From contig CM060732.1 in the NCBI GenBank assembly GCA_030704615.1, forward strand, positions 66,650,001 through 66,714,000: a DNA stretch of 64,000 nt, in the 5' to 3' direction. Below, one piece after another: positions 1-11,194 of this stretch (positions are counted from its first letter, which is position 1; each line of letters opens with the position of its first letter). Made by a program: the position numbers and the translations under genes. The DNA is from Takakia lepidozioides. Taxonomy: Eukaryota > Plantae > Bryophyta. The notes under the pieces are model-generated. The model saw only the letters and a program-made list of their open reading frames with translations. It did no database searches and had not been told where the DNA came from.

Positions 1-158
1 AATAACCATGATGGAAGGTGCGCGATTAGGGCCCTGGAACAATCCATAGATTATAGGTGTGATTTTTACCACAGCCAAGCTGCGTCTCACTGCATTCTCC
101 AGAGTCCATTCACACAAATTTAGATTAGCAAAAGAGCGCAGGTCCAAGCATCTAGTTG

Positions 159-1352
159 CTATATTAATGAGGTGTTCGTCCTCCGAATCATTGTAGGGCT
201 AGAAATTAAAAACTGCTGGAGGGTAATGAAGGGGGGGGGGTGTGTGCTGATCCCTTGTTCCCGTGGCAGCAGAATGAGACGAGGTTTTGATGGCGGCGAT
301 GAGACGGAGGGTGAACCGATCCGCTTCCGTTTGGCGTTGCGTTCCAGCGAGGGCGCAGGAAGAGAGGCCGCTGCAGTGTTCGCATCCCGAGAGCGCGAAA
401 GAGAAAGAGGAATCACCGGGGCACTTCTAGTTTCGGATGGGGGTACCCCAGGATTTGGGACTTGAGCTTGAGCTGTGTATTCAGGCTTGTTCCTTCGGGG
501 ACAGTCTGCCTTCACATGCCCCTCTCCATTGCATTCGTAACAAATAATGCTCAGTGTCTCTTCTTTGATTTGCACAGAAATAGAAGCACCATCCAAAGTT
601 GGCAATTTGATCGCATTTCCAATTGTAGCTGATTCTGGCATCATGACAACAATCTTCGGAACTCCGCCGTCTTTCCCACTGTCGAATAGCGAAGGGTCTT
701 GGTCCATGCTCAGTACTGCATCATCTATAGGATCAAACACATTCAATGACCCAATGCATGAATCGAAATGAGCTCCAATTTCCGGCAGAGAAGCTAGGTA
801 GTTGTCAGGTAAAAAAGGCAGCGCGATGATTCTTGGCTTGTAGGCGTTGCCTTCTTTGTGCCCCCATGTAGGTGACCATGGGAATATATGAACTTTGAAC
901 CTGGACTTGCGGGTATTGAAGGCCAGGGCACAGTCCGCCTCTTCTTTCGTGCCAAATTTGACAGTGTAGAATCCCCTCCCCATTGAGTGGCAGAAGCGAT
1001 GCGAGAGCCCCCCATGAGCCCTTAAGTGTTCTGTGATCCATTTCCTCACCTCATCTTTGTCTCTTGGCCGTCCTAGAAAATGCAACAGTATTCCATGCTG
1101 CATCATTTTTGTAGAGTGAGCTCTAAGACACTCTAGATCCAGTGAGATCACATCCTGAGAATCTGCATTGGGCGCCACCGATTCCACCCATGGGACCATG
1201 TCTAGGCATTGTGAGGGACCTGCTAGCTCGGGACTCTTGCCAAGAATGGACGAGACTGGAGTTGATGCAGAGCTTCGGGGAACCCAACTTCCTTTCCCTC
1301 TAGAGCTTGAACCAGGACCAGATCTTCGTGAAGGGGCTCCTCTAGACGCCAT
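159..1352 (-). mobile_element. L1-clade LINE ORF1 (gag-like: DUF4283/RRM-like region + CCHC zinc knuckle); element runs off the left edge
   Basis: About 400 aa ORF (first ATG 1352) containing 'GRGFYTVKF...IFPWSP...LPFLP...LPEIG' (plant LINE ORF1 DUF4283-like) and the knuckle CYECNGEGHVKADC (CX2CX4HX4C). A G10 run at 231-240 may be a frameshift near the C-terminus. The GC-rich upstream region (to ~2180) may be its 5' UTR. Confidence 0.8.
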
Positions 1353-2339
1353 AGAATGAGAAAGCAAGAGATCTCACAGGACATGACACCAACACGCAGC
1401 GGGAGGGAAGTAAGCTAGAGGGGGGTGAAGCATCACCTTATAAGCGCTTTGGGGATAGCGGTCATCTTAAAGTTCTGGTGCTTCGAAGCACGGGGAGCAG
1501 GGCGCAAAAAGAGAACAATTATGTGACTCTGCGCTGAAGTCAGGGTGAAGGCGGCCGAGAGAGGTGGAGAATTATGACTTGGGGGCTGAAGTGAAGAGCT
1601 GCAGTGATCACCGGGTTGGCAGACGGCGGGGCTGCAACGAGTAACCCCAGCTGGGGGGAGCAAATACCTGCCAAATGCCAGCAGGACGAGAATGGAAGCG
1701 AAATAAGGCAATGAATACTGTTGGGAGAGGGGAGCACATGAGATTTTGGGTAGTGCAAGAGAGCAGAAACAAGCGCGGCGGGTTGTCGGGCCTGAGAGAG
1801 GAGCAGGGAGGCCAGCAACGGGCGGGGGGGTTGGGGAGTGGAAGTGTAGGATCTCGAGAAGATCAACAGTGCCGCAGTACTGCAGTGAAGCTAGAGCGGG
1901 TGAGATTTATTAGCCGTCAAGCCGCAGTGGGACGGGGTGACGTCTGTAGATGCATGCAGGGGGGAGAGTGATATGCATTAGCCAGCAAAGCAGGGTTAAT
2001 CAAACCCAACTTCCGGTGGTGATTGCACAAGCAAGAGGTTAGGACTTGTCGCACAGACTGGACTCGTCACACGTAGAGAGGTGACCGATAGAGAGAGCGG
2101 AGGTAGAGATGGAGTCGGCGGGGGCACAGAAAAACTAAGTCCTGGCCCTCCTCTCACCGCAAACTGCGGAGCTCCCATCGGGCTCCGTCAGTATCGGCCC
2201 ATATATCTTTTTATTTTTATTTTTTGACCCTGGAACTTTATTTGAATTATTGGAGGGGAAAAAATTAAAACCCTCGTTTACACCATGAGGCACACACACC
2301 GCAGGGAAGGAAGCTACTTTGCTAGAGTAATACTCCAAC

Positions 2340-3690
2340 TACCAAGACCTGCGGCCTTTAACACAATACTTTGTGATAAGTCTATGACTCCTGTGACCTG
2401 AAGGTATGTAGCGCATCACAATCTGCAGAATCTAAGGAGATGCATGCCTGTGTTGCATTCTGATTACTACGAACAAGGACAGCAATCAGCGAAAGTTAAG
2501 CGTGGAGGCTTTTGATGATTGTTTGATGTGTTTCCAATTTATTTTCTCTCCCTTGGCTGACCAATTGACCCCTGCTTGCATCTGCATCTTTTGTTCCTGG
2601 AGGAGCTGAAATTGGCCCAAGTTCATCCAAGCCTCAAGGTATGTCTGGAAGGTGTGCTCATCACATGTATTGTTTTCAATATTGCTCTTCTGGCATACAC
2701 CAAGGCATTTCTTGAGGGCTAGGACTCGTCTCTTTGAGAACTCTATGCTGAGGTCCTGACTTAATTTACAAGAGGCAAAGTTTGGGATGGAATCTCATTA
2801 TGGGGCAAGACAACAGATTCCTGGCATGAAGCCACTTTTCTTCCAGTCTAGTCCTGAAAGAAAGGTTGGAAAGGTGAGAGGAGTTTAGCTTATAAATGCC
2901 CCTACCCCTTTTTTGGGTATTTGGCAGGGTCAGCGATGCAGCAACCAAGGCATGATCAAAGCCTTGCACAATGGGCTCTTGAGGCCATAGAGAGGCCCCA
3001 TTGGACATTGCAAGAGAATGGGAAATTGTGTCCAAACGCGCCATACAAAGGTTAGAGAGGTGGCGGTTATTGGTCCAGGTGAATAGTGGGTTGATTGAGG
3101 AGGAGTTTGAGGGGGGTTTCAGTCAGACTATGCATTTGAGACAAGAGAAGCCAGGCAGCTTCATCTGCATTTAGAGGGGGGGTAGAGCTTCCCAATCTGT
3201 CTTGATCATTTTCAACCATGTTGAAGTCGCCAGCAAGAACCCATCTATGGATTGATGCTTCAGCGCTCATTCTTTGATTGAGTTTGACCAAGAGGATAGT
3301 CCCTTCGGTTGTCTCATTAGGTGCATAGATTTAACTAGGCCTATGGGTTCAGGATCATGAGGGAGCACAAGGGAGCAGAATTGACCGCGACCTGGTTTCC
3401 AAATTTCATCTTTTACAAGATATTGTTTAAGAGAGGGGGCGAGAAGGATAGCAGTTCAGCCTCTCGTTCCTTCAAAGGTCGATGGTTTCCAGAGGGCAGA
3501 GGGGAGAGGCCAGAGCTGGTCTAACAAGGAATTAATTTTCTGCTGGTGGAGTTTGTGTTCTTGGAGAAAGACAACAGAGTCTGTCCGCTGGAGGGGTGCC
3601 AGCCAAGCTCTAAGTTTGATTTTCTTGAGGGCCGTATGATCAGAACGTATGCCCCTACTATTCCAGGATGAGAGGTTGACCTTCATCGGG
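2340..3690 (-). mobile_element. Degenerate LINE ORF2 AP-endonuclease domain (frameshifted pseudogene)
   Basis: Collinear fragments carry EEP motifs: SWNSRG and VFLQEHK (3456-3740 ORF), WVLAGDFN (3067-3291), RLD...FDH...YKLNSSHL (2766-3044). The lower boundary is approximate. Confidence 0.85.
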
Positions 3691-3869
3691 AGGAAGAAGC
3701 AGGCTGAGCGAACTAGACTCAAATGATGACCTGATAGCATGGTAACGAGACTTGGTTCTTTTGTCGGAGGCCAAGGATGAGGTCACCCAGCAGTGGTCCA
3801 TAGAGGCTTCTTCCACCGACTTTCTGAGTCAATGAGCATAACTAAAGTAGATGGGTTGTTGTTTGAACC

Positions 3870-4230
3870 GCCTCAGGGGCCAGGAGGGGTTGAAACCTTG
3901 AGCTGGGTATCTCTCTGCCTCTCTTTAGGTTTTATTGACATCTCCACCCCTAGAGATAAAGAGCTTAGATTCTCTTGGTCAAATTGTAGAGCTCCACCGG
4001 ATCTCGTCATGGCTAGATTGTCTTGGGCCCAACCAGCCCCCTTAGGTCAGGTGCTCCCAGATTTTGATCATGCAGAGATTAAAACTCTTTTCACTGTTCC
4101 CGGGTCCAGGTTACTTCAAGTTGAATCCTTCATTGCTCAAATCTAAGGCAGCGGTTAAAGAACTGGCCCAGGTATGGTCCACATCTGGGAATCAGTTCCA
4201 ATCCGCCACCCTTAGATTTCTTACTAAACT
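3870..4230 (+). mobile_element. Second LINE endonuclease fragment (C-terminal half), opposite orientation
   Basis: 'LGFIDI...RFSWSN...MARL...DFDH', then a frameshift to 'PGYFKLNPSLL'. These are the same EN C-terminal motifs seen in the minus-strand copy. Confidence 0.7.
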
Positions 4231-5244
4231 GTATTGCACAATTGGAAGAAATTTGAACTTTCACCGAATTTCCATGTGCAAGTTTCACATGATACTAACT
4301 GCTATCCGCGGTTATGATTTATGAACTGATGAGATTACATGTCCATAGAACTACAATGTTTCTCAACCATTTTCCAAAATTTTGTGATTTTTCTGTCATT
4401 GACTTTTATGGGAATGAATCTACATTCCCAGCAACTTGACTCTGGAGTTTCAATGTAGAGACAGAGACCCTAGTGCAATGTCTTTTTCGCTCTCCTCTTA
4501 CATTGCAGGGAAGTTCCCAATCTTAAAGCATTGTGTATCCTTAAAAGTTGAGGAATGAATGAATTCAAAGCGAGGATGGTCTGTAGTTGCTTCTTCAGTA
4601 CTACCCTCATAAAGTTAAGAATCATGTCAAAGACTGCTCTTTACTCAGACATTGACTTATCTGCATGTGCACCAATACTTCATTTGATAACATTTTCTCT
4701 TACTAGCAAAGGCATTTGTATTTGAAGGTGGTTTCAAACCACCGCGGAAGAACTAAGTTCATACCTCCATGAAGAGGAATTTAGATACCACCCTTACACG
4801 GGTAGCAACTAGGTCATATTTGTGCAATTTGCACGCAGATGTCTGGAAGCAAGGTGTATCATCCAATCATCAGCAATACAGACATATCCATGAACATTGA
4901 CAAGAGTAGTCAGTGCATGTATATATCTGAATGTCAAGCTCTTCGAGATAATATATTCCAAAAAGCCAAATTTGCACAATGCTTGTGCAACTGTCCTGAT
5001 TAGGCTATGCCACACTTTGAGATACAGGAAACAAAGTCCCCACCATACATCCTGAGGTGAAAATCTAGTATGGATGCAGGAGGGGCTCCCAGAGAGTTGC
5101 ATGACAAGAGGAGGAGTTAATTCAACGGAATCGGGGTACTGAAGGGTAAGGGACCATCTCACATGTACAAGGAGAAGGGGACTTCATTGGCTGGAAAGAC
5201 AATGGATTAGTGTTTATGCACAGCCATGCTTGCGTTCTCCATGC

Positions 5245-5975
5245 TCAAAACCCTCTGCAACCATCACACCCGGAGTGAATTGGATGCAAGAAACATTCAA
5301 CCTTCAATATAAACATGCGATCTCTGAAAGTGAGCTAGTCATATGGGGCGAAGTGAAATACCTGGAGCGGCGACCCATGATCCATTTCAGTTTCTCACGG
5401 AAGGCCCTCTTCGCAATGCGCTTGTCGCGTTCCTTGCGGGCCAGCACCTTCAAATCCGAGGGCTTCAAGAAGTACTGCCGTGTTCGCACCACCCGTATAC
5501 CTCCGTCCTCTTTGAGTTTCCTTTTCATCTTGCGTATGCCCCTCTCCAAATCATCCTTGGGCACTTCTACCATCACTTGCCGCACTTGCTGGATTCCCAA
5601 GCTCCATGATCCAACCCCGAGCAAGCGTAGACCTTCTCTGTGGCCCCATAGACCTCTGTTGATTGCGACATTCCGAGTAGAGTATGCACTACTTAACTTG
5701 TTGTTTGAGGAGGCAGTCTCTTTAGCTAACAGCGAACCCCTATAGTGACCGATCACACCCACTCCTCCAAAGCTTTGCGATCGAAGCAGCTGGTGCCACA
5801 CTCGTGGAGCTGCGCCTGTATTAACTACTGCCCCAGGAGATGAAGAAAAACTAACTCCAGTATTGGAAACCACGGATTTGGAACATGAGAGAGCGAGGCC
5901 AGAGAGTACCCCGTATGATTGCCCCGCCAAGGCCCAGGAATGTGCACTCCCACATCGCGTGGCCATTTGCTTCAT
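5245..5975 (-). CDS. Ribosomal protein bS21 family, organellar (mitochondrial-like), with long N-terminal extension
   Basis: Exons 5975-5362 and 5254-5245 (GT..AG intron 5361-5255). The C-terminal S21 domain is VMVEVPKDDLERGIRKMKRKLKEDG..YFLKPS..ARK..KR. The 10-nt last exon completes ...GRRSRGF*. Confidence 0.85.
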
Positions 5976-6499
5976 ACAGTGCCTCGCTCACCACAGCAGC
6001 ATCCCTCTCACTCCCTCCCCTGCGCGTTCCCTCTCCGATCCTCCCTACGCATTCGCGGGCACGACCGAGCCTTCCTTCCATCACCGCACACATCGTTTCG
6101 TCGCCCTCTTCGCAGGTTGAACGGACGAACGATATGGAGTAACGATTTACGTTGTTGGGTGGAAGCCCCTCTTGGGTGAAAACGGAGCTAGCTGCCATCA
6201 GACAAGCTCAAGCTCAAGCTGGTGATGGTTCTAATCGGTATGTACACAATTGAGCTCCAGAGCAATAGTACAATGGGTATGTTCGTGATGGTGATTCAAG
6301 GGTTCCCAATCAGACAGCTAAATTTGGTACAGTTTTCTCTCAAAGAAGCTGACTGCTGAAAGTTTTGTGACTGTGTTAAATTGTAGCAACCAGCCTGTTC
6401 TCATGATGGTACTTTCTTTGACATATCTGTGGATACTGCAATTTACTATGGCGGTCCTAAGGATTGAGTTTTGTAACTAAGAGTCCTGAGGCATGCAGG

Positions 6500-9328
6500 A
6501 TGGCAGGGTTGAATCAGGCACAGGTACCTTTCAGACACAGGGATAGCACGACCACCATCACCAGTGGTTCTAACAGAGGACAAAGAGAGGAAATGACCAA
6601 AAACCCTGCTGGCATCTTGAGTACGCAATGTAAGGAAGGACAACTGAAAGAGGTGCTGCACATTTTGAACCAGCAAGGCATTCAGGCAAACACCAATACT
6701 TTCGTGTCTCTGTTGCAGAAGTGCATAAACAAGAAAGACCTAGCCGAGGGAAAGCAGGTGCATTCCCACATTATCAAAAGTGGATTCAAGGCAAACAGGT
6801 TTTTACTCAACACCCTTGTCAACATGTATGGCAAGTGCGGGAGCGTGGTGGATGCACGCCAAGTGTTTGACCAAATGCCTGAACGAGATGTTTTCACATG
6901 GAATATGATGATAGCAGGATATGCCAAGCATGGTTGTGGTAAGGAAGCTTTTGAGATCTATGAGCAAATGCAACAGGAAGGGGTGATGCCCACCACAGTA
7001 ACATTCGTTTCCATTCTCAAGGCGTGTGCCAGCCTAGGAGTCTTGGAAAAGGGAAAAAAGGTCCACGCGGACATCATCGAAGCTGGAATTGTGCCAGATA
7101 TCATTCTCGAGACTGCCCTTGCTGACATGTTTGCAAAATGCGGGAGCATGAGCAATGCATGTCAAGTATTCAACAATATGGCGAAACGAGACGTGGTGTC
7201 ATGGAATGCCATGATTGCAGGATATGCTCAACATGGGTGTGGTACAACGGCTTTCAAGATATATGAGCAAATGCAACAGGACGGGGTGATGCCTAACAGG
7301 GTCACATTCATGTGCATTCTCAAGGCCTGTGCAAGCCTTGGAGACCTTGAAAAGGGCAAAGAGATTCATGCTGACATCCACAAAGCTGGAATTGCTTCGC
7401 ACATTTATTTGGAGAACACCCTTATTGACATGTATGCCAAATGTGGGAGCATGAAGGATGCGCGTCAAGTATTTGACAAAATGCCTAAGAGAGATGTGGT
7501 CTCATGGAGTTCAATGATCGCAGGATATGCTCAGCATGGGTGTGGTAGGGAGGCTCTCAAGATCTATGAGCAAATGCAGCAGGAAGGTGTGACACCCAAC
7601 GAGGTCACGTTCATTTGCATTCTGAATGCGTGTGCCAGCCTGGGAGCCCTGGAAAAGGGCAAAGAGGTCCATACTGACATTAACAAAGCTGGGATTGCGT
7701 CCTTTATAAATTTGGATACTGCCCTTGCTGACATGTATGCCAAATGCCGGAGCATGGAGGATGCATGTCAAGTCTTTGAAAATATGGCTCAACGAGATGT
7801 GGTCTCATGGAATGTCATGATCGCAGGATATGCTCAGCATGGGTGTGGTAGGGAGGCTCTCAAGATATACGAGCAAATGCAAGGGGAAGGGGTGACTCCT
7901 GACAGGGTCACATTCACTTGCGCTCTCAACGCATGTGCCAGCCTAGGAGCCCTGAAAGAAGGGAAGCAGATCCATGCTGAATTCAAGAAAAGTGGAATTG
8001 CATCATATATTAATTTGGAGACATCCCTAGTTGACATGTATGCCAATTGTGGGAGCATGAAGGATGCACGTCAAGTGTTCGATAATATGGCTGAGCGAGA
8101 TGTTGTCTCATGGAGTGCGATGATCACAGGATATGCTCAGCAGGGATGTGGTACACTGGCTTTCAAGATCTACAAGCAAATGAAAGTGGAAGGGGTCATA
8201 CCTGACAGGGTCACATTCATTTGCATTCTCAATGCATGTGCCAGCCTAGGAGCCCTGGAAAAGGGCAAGCAGGTACATGCTGACATAAACAAAACTGGAA
8301 TTGCAGCAGATATTAAACTGGAGAATACCCTTGTTGATATGTATGCCAAGTGCGGGAGCATAAAGGATGCGCAACATGTGTTTGACAATATGGCTGAACG
8401 AGATGTAGTCTCATGGAGCGTAATGATCGCAGGCTGTGCCCAGCATGGATGTGGTAGAGAGGCCTTGCGACTCTTTGAACAAATGCAGCAGAAAGGCTTG
8501 AAGCCCAATAGTATCACCTACATATCTCTTCTCTCTGCATGCAGCCATGGGGGCCTAGTGGATGAAGGCCTTCATTGCTTTGATGCCATGACTCGAGATC
8601 ATGGCATCACTCCTACTTTTGAGCATTTTGGCTGCATGGTAGACCTGCTTGGCCGTGCAGGGCAATTGGATGAGGCAGAGGACTTCATTAACAAAATGTC
8701 TATCAAACCACATGCTTTGGTGTGGCGGGCCTTGCTTGCGGCCTGCAGAATTCATGGCAATATGAAGCTAGCAGAACACGCTGCAAAATGCCTTATTGAG
8801 AGTGATCTGCAGCATCCTGGAGCTTATGTGCTGCTATCAAACGTTTATGCTGAAGCTGGCAGGTGGGAGGATAAAGCACAGGTGAGGAAACTAATGGAAG
8901 ACCGAGGCGTCATAAAGGAGCCAGGGTGCAGCTCGATTGAAGTTGGTGACAGGGTCCACACATTTATGGTAGAAGATAGTTTGCATCCCAAAATTGAGGA
9001 GATACATGCTGAGCTCAAAAGATTGTCTGGCCTGATGAAGGAGGCAGGGTACGTCCCTGAGAGGCAGTTTGTTTTGCATGACGTGGAGGAGGAGCAAAAG
9101 GGACTTTCTCTTCTCCACCACAGTGAGAAACTGGCCGTTGCTTTTGGACTGATCAGCACACCCCCGAGGACACCTATTCGTGTCATCAAGAATGTTCGGG
9201 TGTGTGGTGACTGCCATACTGCCATCAAATTCATTTCGAAGATTGTCAACCGAACAGTTGTTGTACGGGATGACAACCGCTTTCACCTCTTCCAAGACGG
9301 GGTTTGTTCTTGTGGGGATTACTGGTGA
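6500..9328 (+). CDS. PLS-class PPR protein with E1-E2-DYW (C-to-U organellar RNA editing factor), intronless
   Basis: First ATG 6500. About 20 motifs in the order L-S-(P-L-S)x5-P2-L2-S2, then E1, E2, PG box (PGCSSIEV), HSEKLA, CGDCH and terminal CSCGDYW. Confidence 0.97.
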   Translation: MAGLNQAQVPFRHRDSTTTITSGSNRGQREEMTKNPAGILSTQCKEGQLKEVLHILNQQGIQANTNTFVSLLQKCINKKDLAEGKQVHSHIIKSGFKANRFLLNTLVNMYGKCGSVVDARQVFDQMPERDVFTWNMMIAGYAKHGCGKEAFEIYEQMQQEGVMPTTVTFVSILKACASLGVLEKGKKVHADIIEAGIVPDIILETALADMFAKCGSMSNACQVFNNMAKRDVVSWNAMIAGYAQHGCGTTAFKIYEQMQQDGVMPNRVTFMCILKACASLGDLEKGKEIHADIHKAGIASHIYLENTLIDMYAKCGSMKDARQVFDKMPKRDVVSWSSMIAGYAQHGCGREALKIYEQMQQEGVTPNEVTFICILNACASLGALEKGKEVHTDINKAGIASFINLDTALADMYAKCRSMEDACQVFENMAQRDVVSWNVMIAGYAQHGCGREALKIYEQMQGEGVTPDRVTFTCALNACASLGALKEGKQIHAEFKKSGIASYINLETSLVDMYANCGSMKDARQVFDNMAERDVVSWSAMITGYAQQGCGTLAFKIYKQMKVEGVIPDRVTFICILNACASLGALEKGKQVHADINKTGIAADIKLENTLVDMYAKCGSIKDAQHVFDNMAERDVVSWSVMIAGCAQHGCGREALRLFEQMQQKGLKPNSITYISLLSACSHGGLVDEGLHCFDAMTRDHGITPTFEHFGCMVDLLGRAGQLDEAEDFINKMSIKPHALVWRALLAACRIHGNMKLAEHAAKCLIESDLQHPGAYVLLSNVYAEAGRWEDKAQVRKLMEDRGVIKEPGCSSIEVGDRVHTFMVEDSLHPKIEEIHAELKRLSGLMKEAGYVPERQFVLHDVEEEQKGLSLLHHSEKLAVAFGLISTPPRTPIRVIKNVRVCGDCHTAIKFISKIVNRTVVVRDDNRFHLFQDGVCSCGDYW
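6800..8520 (+). repeat. 303-bp coding tandem repeat (PLS triplets)
   Basis: GGATATGC(T/C) recurs near 6917, 7220, 7523, 7826 and 8129 (period 303 nt = 101 aa), with high nucleotide similarity between units. Confidence 0.9.
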
Positions 9329-11194
9329 AATGCTCAATATGTAATGACAGTATGTGGCTTCAAACAGGGGATGGAAAGGTGTAACTTGTCCCTTTTTCTG
9401 GAACAAATAATTGAGCACCACAGTCACAAATAGACTTGGTATGATTTGCCCAAGGTGATGATCCCAATTCAAGCCTCATAATCAAAGAGCAGAAATGAAC
9501 TCATGGAACACCTAACTGTTACAATCCTGAGTTACAGGGTTGAAGTTTTACATCAAATGAGGTTGAAAGGGTGATCCCAAATTCTGGGCTCAAAGGGTCG
9601 TCTCCTGTGGAGTTCTAGTGGGGTCGGCCTGCAGAAGACGGATTCATTTTTGCAAAAGTGGATCTTGCCTGCTGCGATTGCAAGCCAGGGAGAAGCGAAG
9701 CGAGTGTTGTAAACACAGCATCAAATTTGAGGCGAGAATACTGGTATTGGGCTGGCAAGCTGTGACCTTCCCCAAGTAAGCCCCAAGTAAGCCCCAACTT
9801 TATGATTGCATGATCAGTATGAGAGCATGTGGCTCCCAAATGGATATTACACTCCCTAAACTTCACGAGAACCTTGTCATAGAGTATGATTCAGAAATCT
9901 CGGGGTTGATGTCTAACAGCGGTCACCTTGCCAGGGCCGGCCATGTTGTAAATGGCCGTCCTGGCCTACATCATCAGTGGAGAGATGAGTATCTGCAGAA
10001 AATGTAGGCAATGATAGGGCTTATCCATGATGAATGGATAAACCATTTATATCTATTTTTAAGAGCCACTTTTAGTCCCTTCAGGCATTGCATACTTGTG
10101 CTTGCATCTTTATACATGAGCTTTATGAGTTGTATCAGCTGTTCCTGTATGAGATGTTTGTGCCAGAAAAGGAAATGAGGTGAAGCTTGTGTGTATCTAA
10201 GGTGTTTTTCAAGTAAAAAACAGAGCTGCAATTCAGGCCCATCGAAAGCCACTGGATTTGAGGTCGTTGACGACCTCAATTTCAGAGGCATGGGTAACAC
10301 ATTTTCTTTTTCTTTTTAGTTGCTGTTGGGCCTGTCTGCATGTATTTATATCTGCGATTGTCTTCTTCACAGTAACAGCAAAACCAGATAAGGGAATAAG
10401 GTCGTCCAAACGACTGCACTGTTCCACATAGCGGAGGCTTTGGAGAGTCCTGTGACACCACCAGACAGCCATGTTGGCAAATTTTGGATTATATGTTTGT
10501 TTGGGAACCCAATAGGACGTTGCTTCCTTCACGGCTTGGTGTGCAGGAATGATGGTTTAATTTTTGTAAAGATGATAACTTGTTCCTCATACCGCAGATT
10601 CAATCTCTTTAATTCTTGTCTGGTTGCAATTTTCACTTATATCTCAAGTCAACGAGGTGTTGCAATCAGGTCAGTCTCTCCAGACAGGCCATCATTGTTT
10701 ATGCAATTTATCTATGTACACCCTTTGCGTGCTTCACAGCTCACAAGTGAAAAGGGATTATTTTCCTCCTTCCTCTTGTAAGGGCCTGAATCCCACATTT
10801 CTATGGAGAGAAGAAGCAATGAATAAATATGTTCATATGTTATTTTTAGATTTGTTTTGAAAATTATTATTTTCAATGAGTGTAAAATAGATTTGCTAAG
10901 CTCTTTCACCTCTACAGAGGCTCTGGAGTTTTCTTCTTTCTGTCATCACTCTTGGAAACACTGTTGGAGAATTCCTAGTTATGTTGTACATTTATACTAA
11001 TAAGAGAAAAATATCAATATCACTGCAACATCTTCTCCATTTTCTTCTAAAGCAGTGCGATACTATCCACCAACAATAACCTCATGGTCTCTGCACCTCA
11101 GGCCGGTCATACAAATTAGTGTCTTGCAAATAATGAAATTACATGTTGACAATACAGTCAGACTTGATCCCATCGATGAATAAACTCGAAAATC

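Noticed and set aside
5851-6198. 115-aa minus-strand ORF overlapping the bS21 start (possible uORF or extra exon)
   Set aside because: No recognisable motif, it crosses a GA-rich UTR/promoter-like tract, and no convincing acceptor joins it in frame.
6682-9472. Series of antisense ORFs within the PPR gene
   Set aside because: Shadow frames of the repetitive coding strand, recurring with the 303-nt period.
9810-10910. Several 65-113 aa ORFs between the PPR and glutaredoxin genes
   Set aside because: No motifs, multiple stops in the extended frames, and no consistent splice path.
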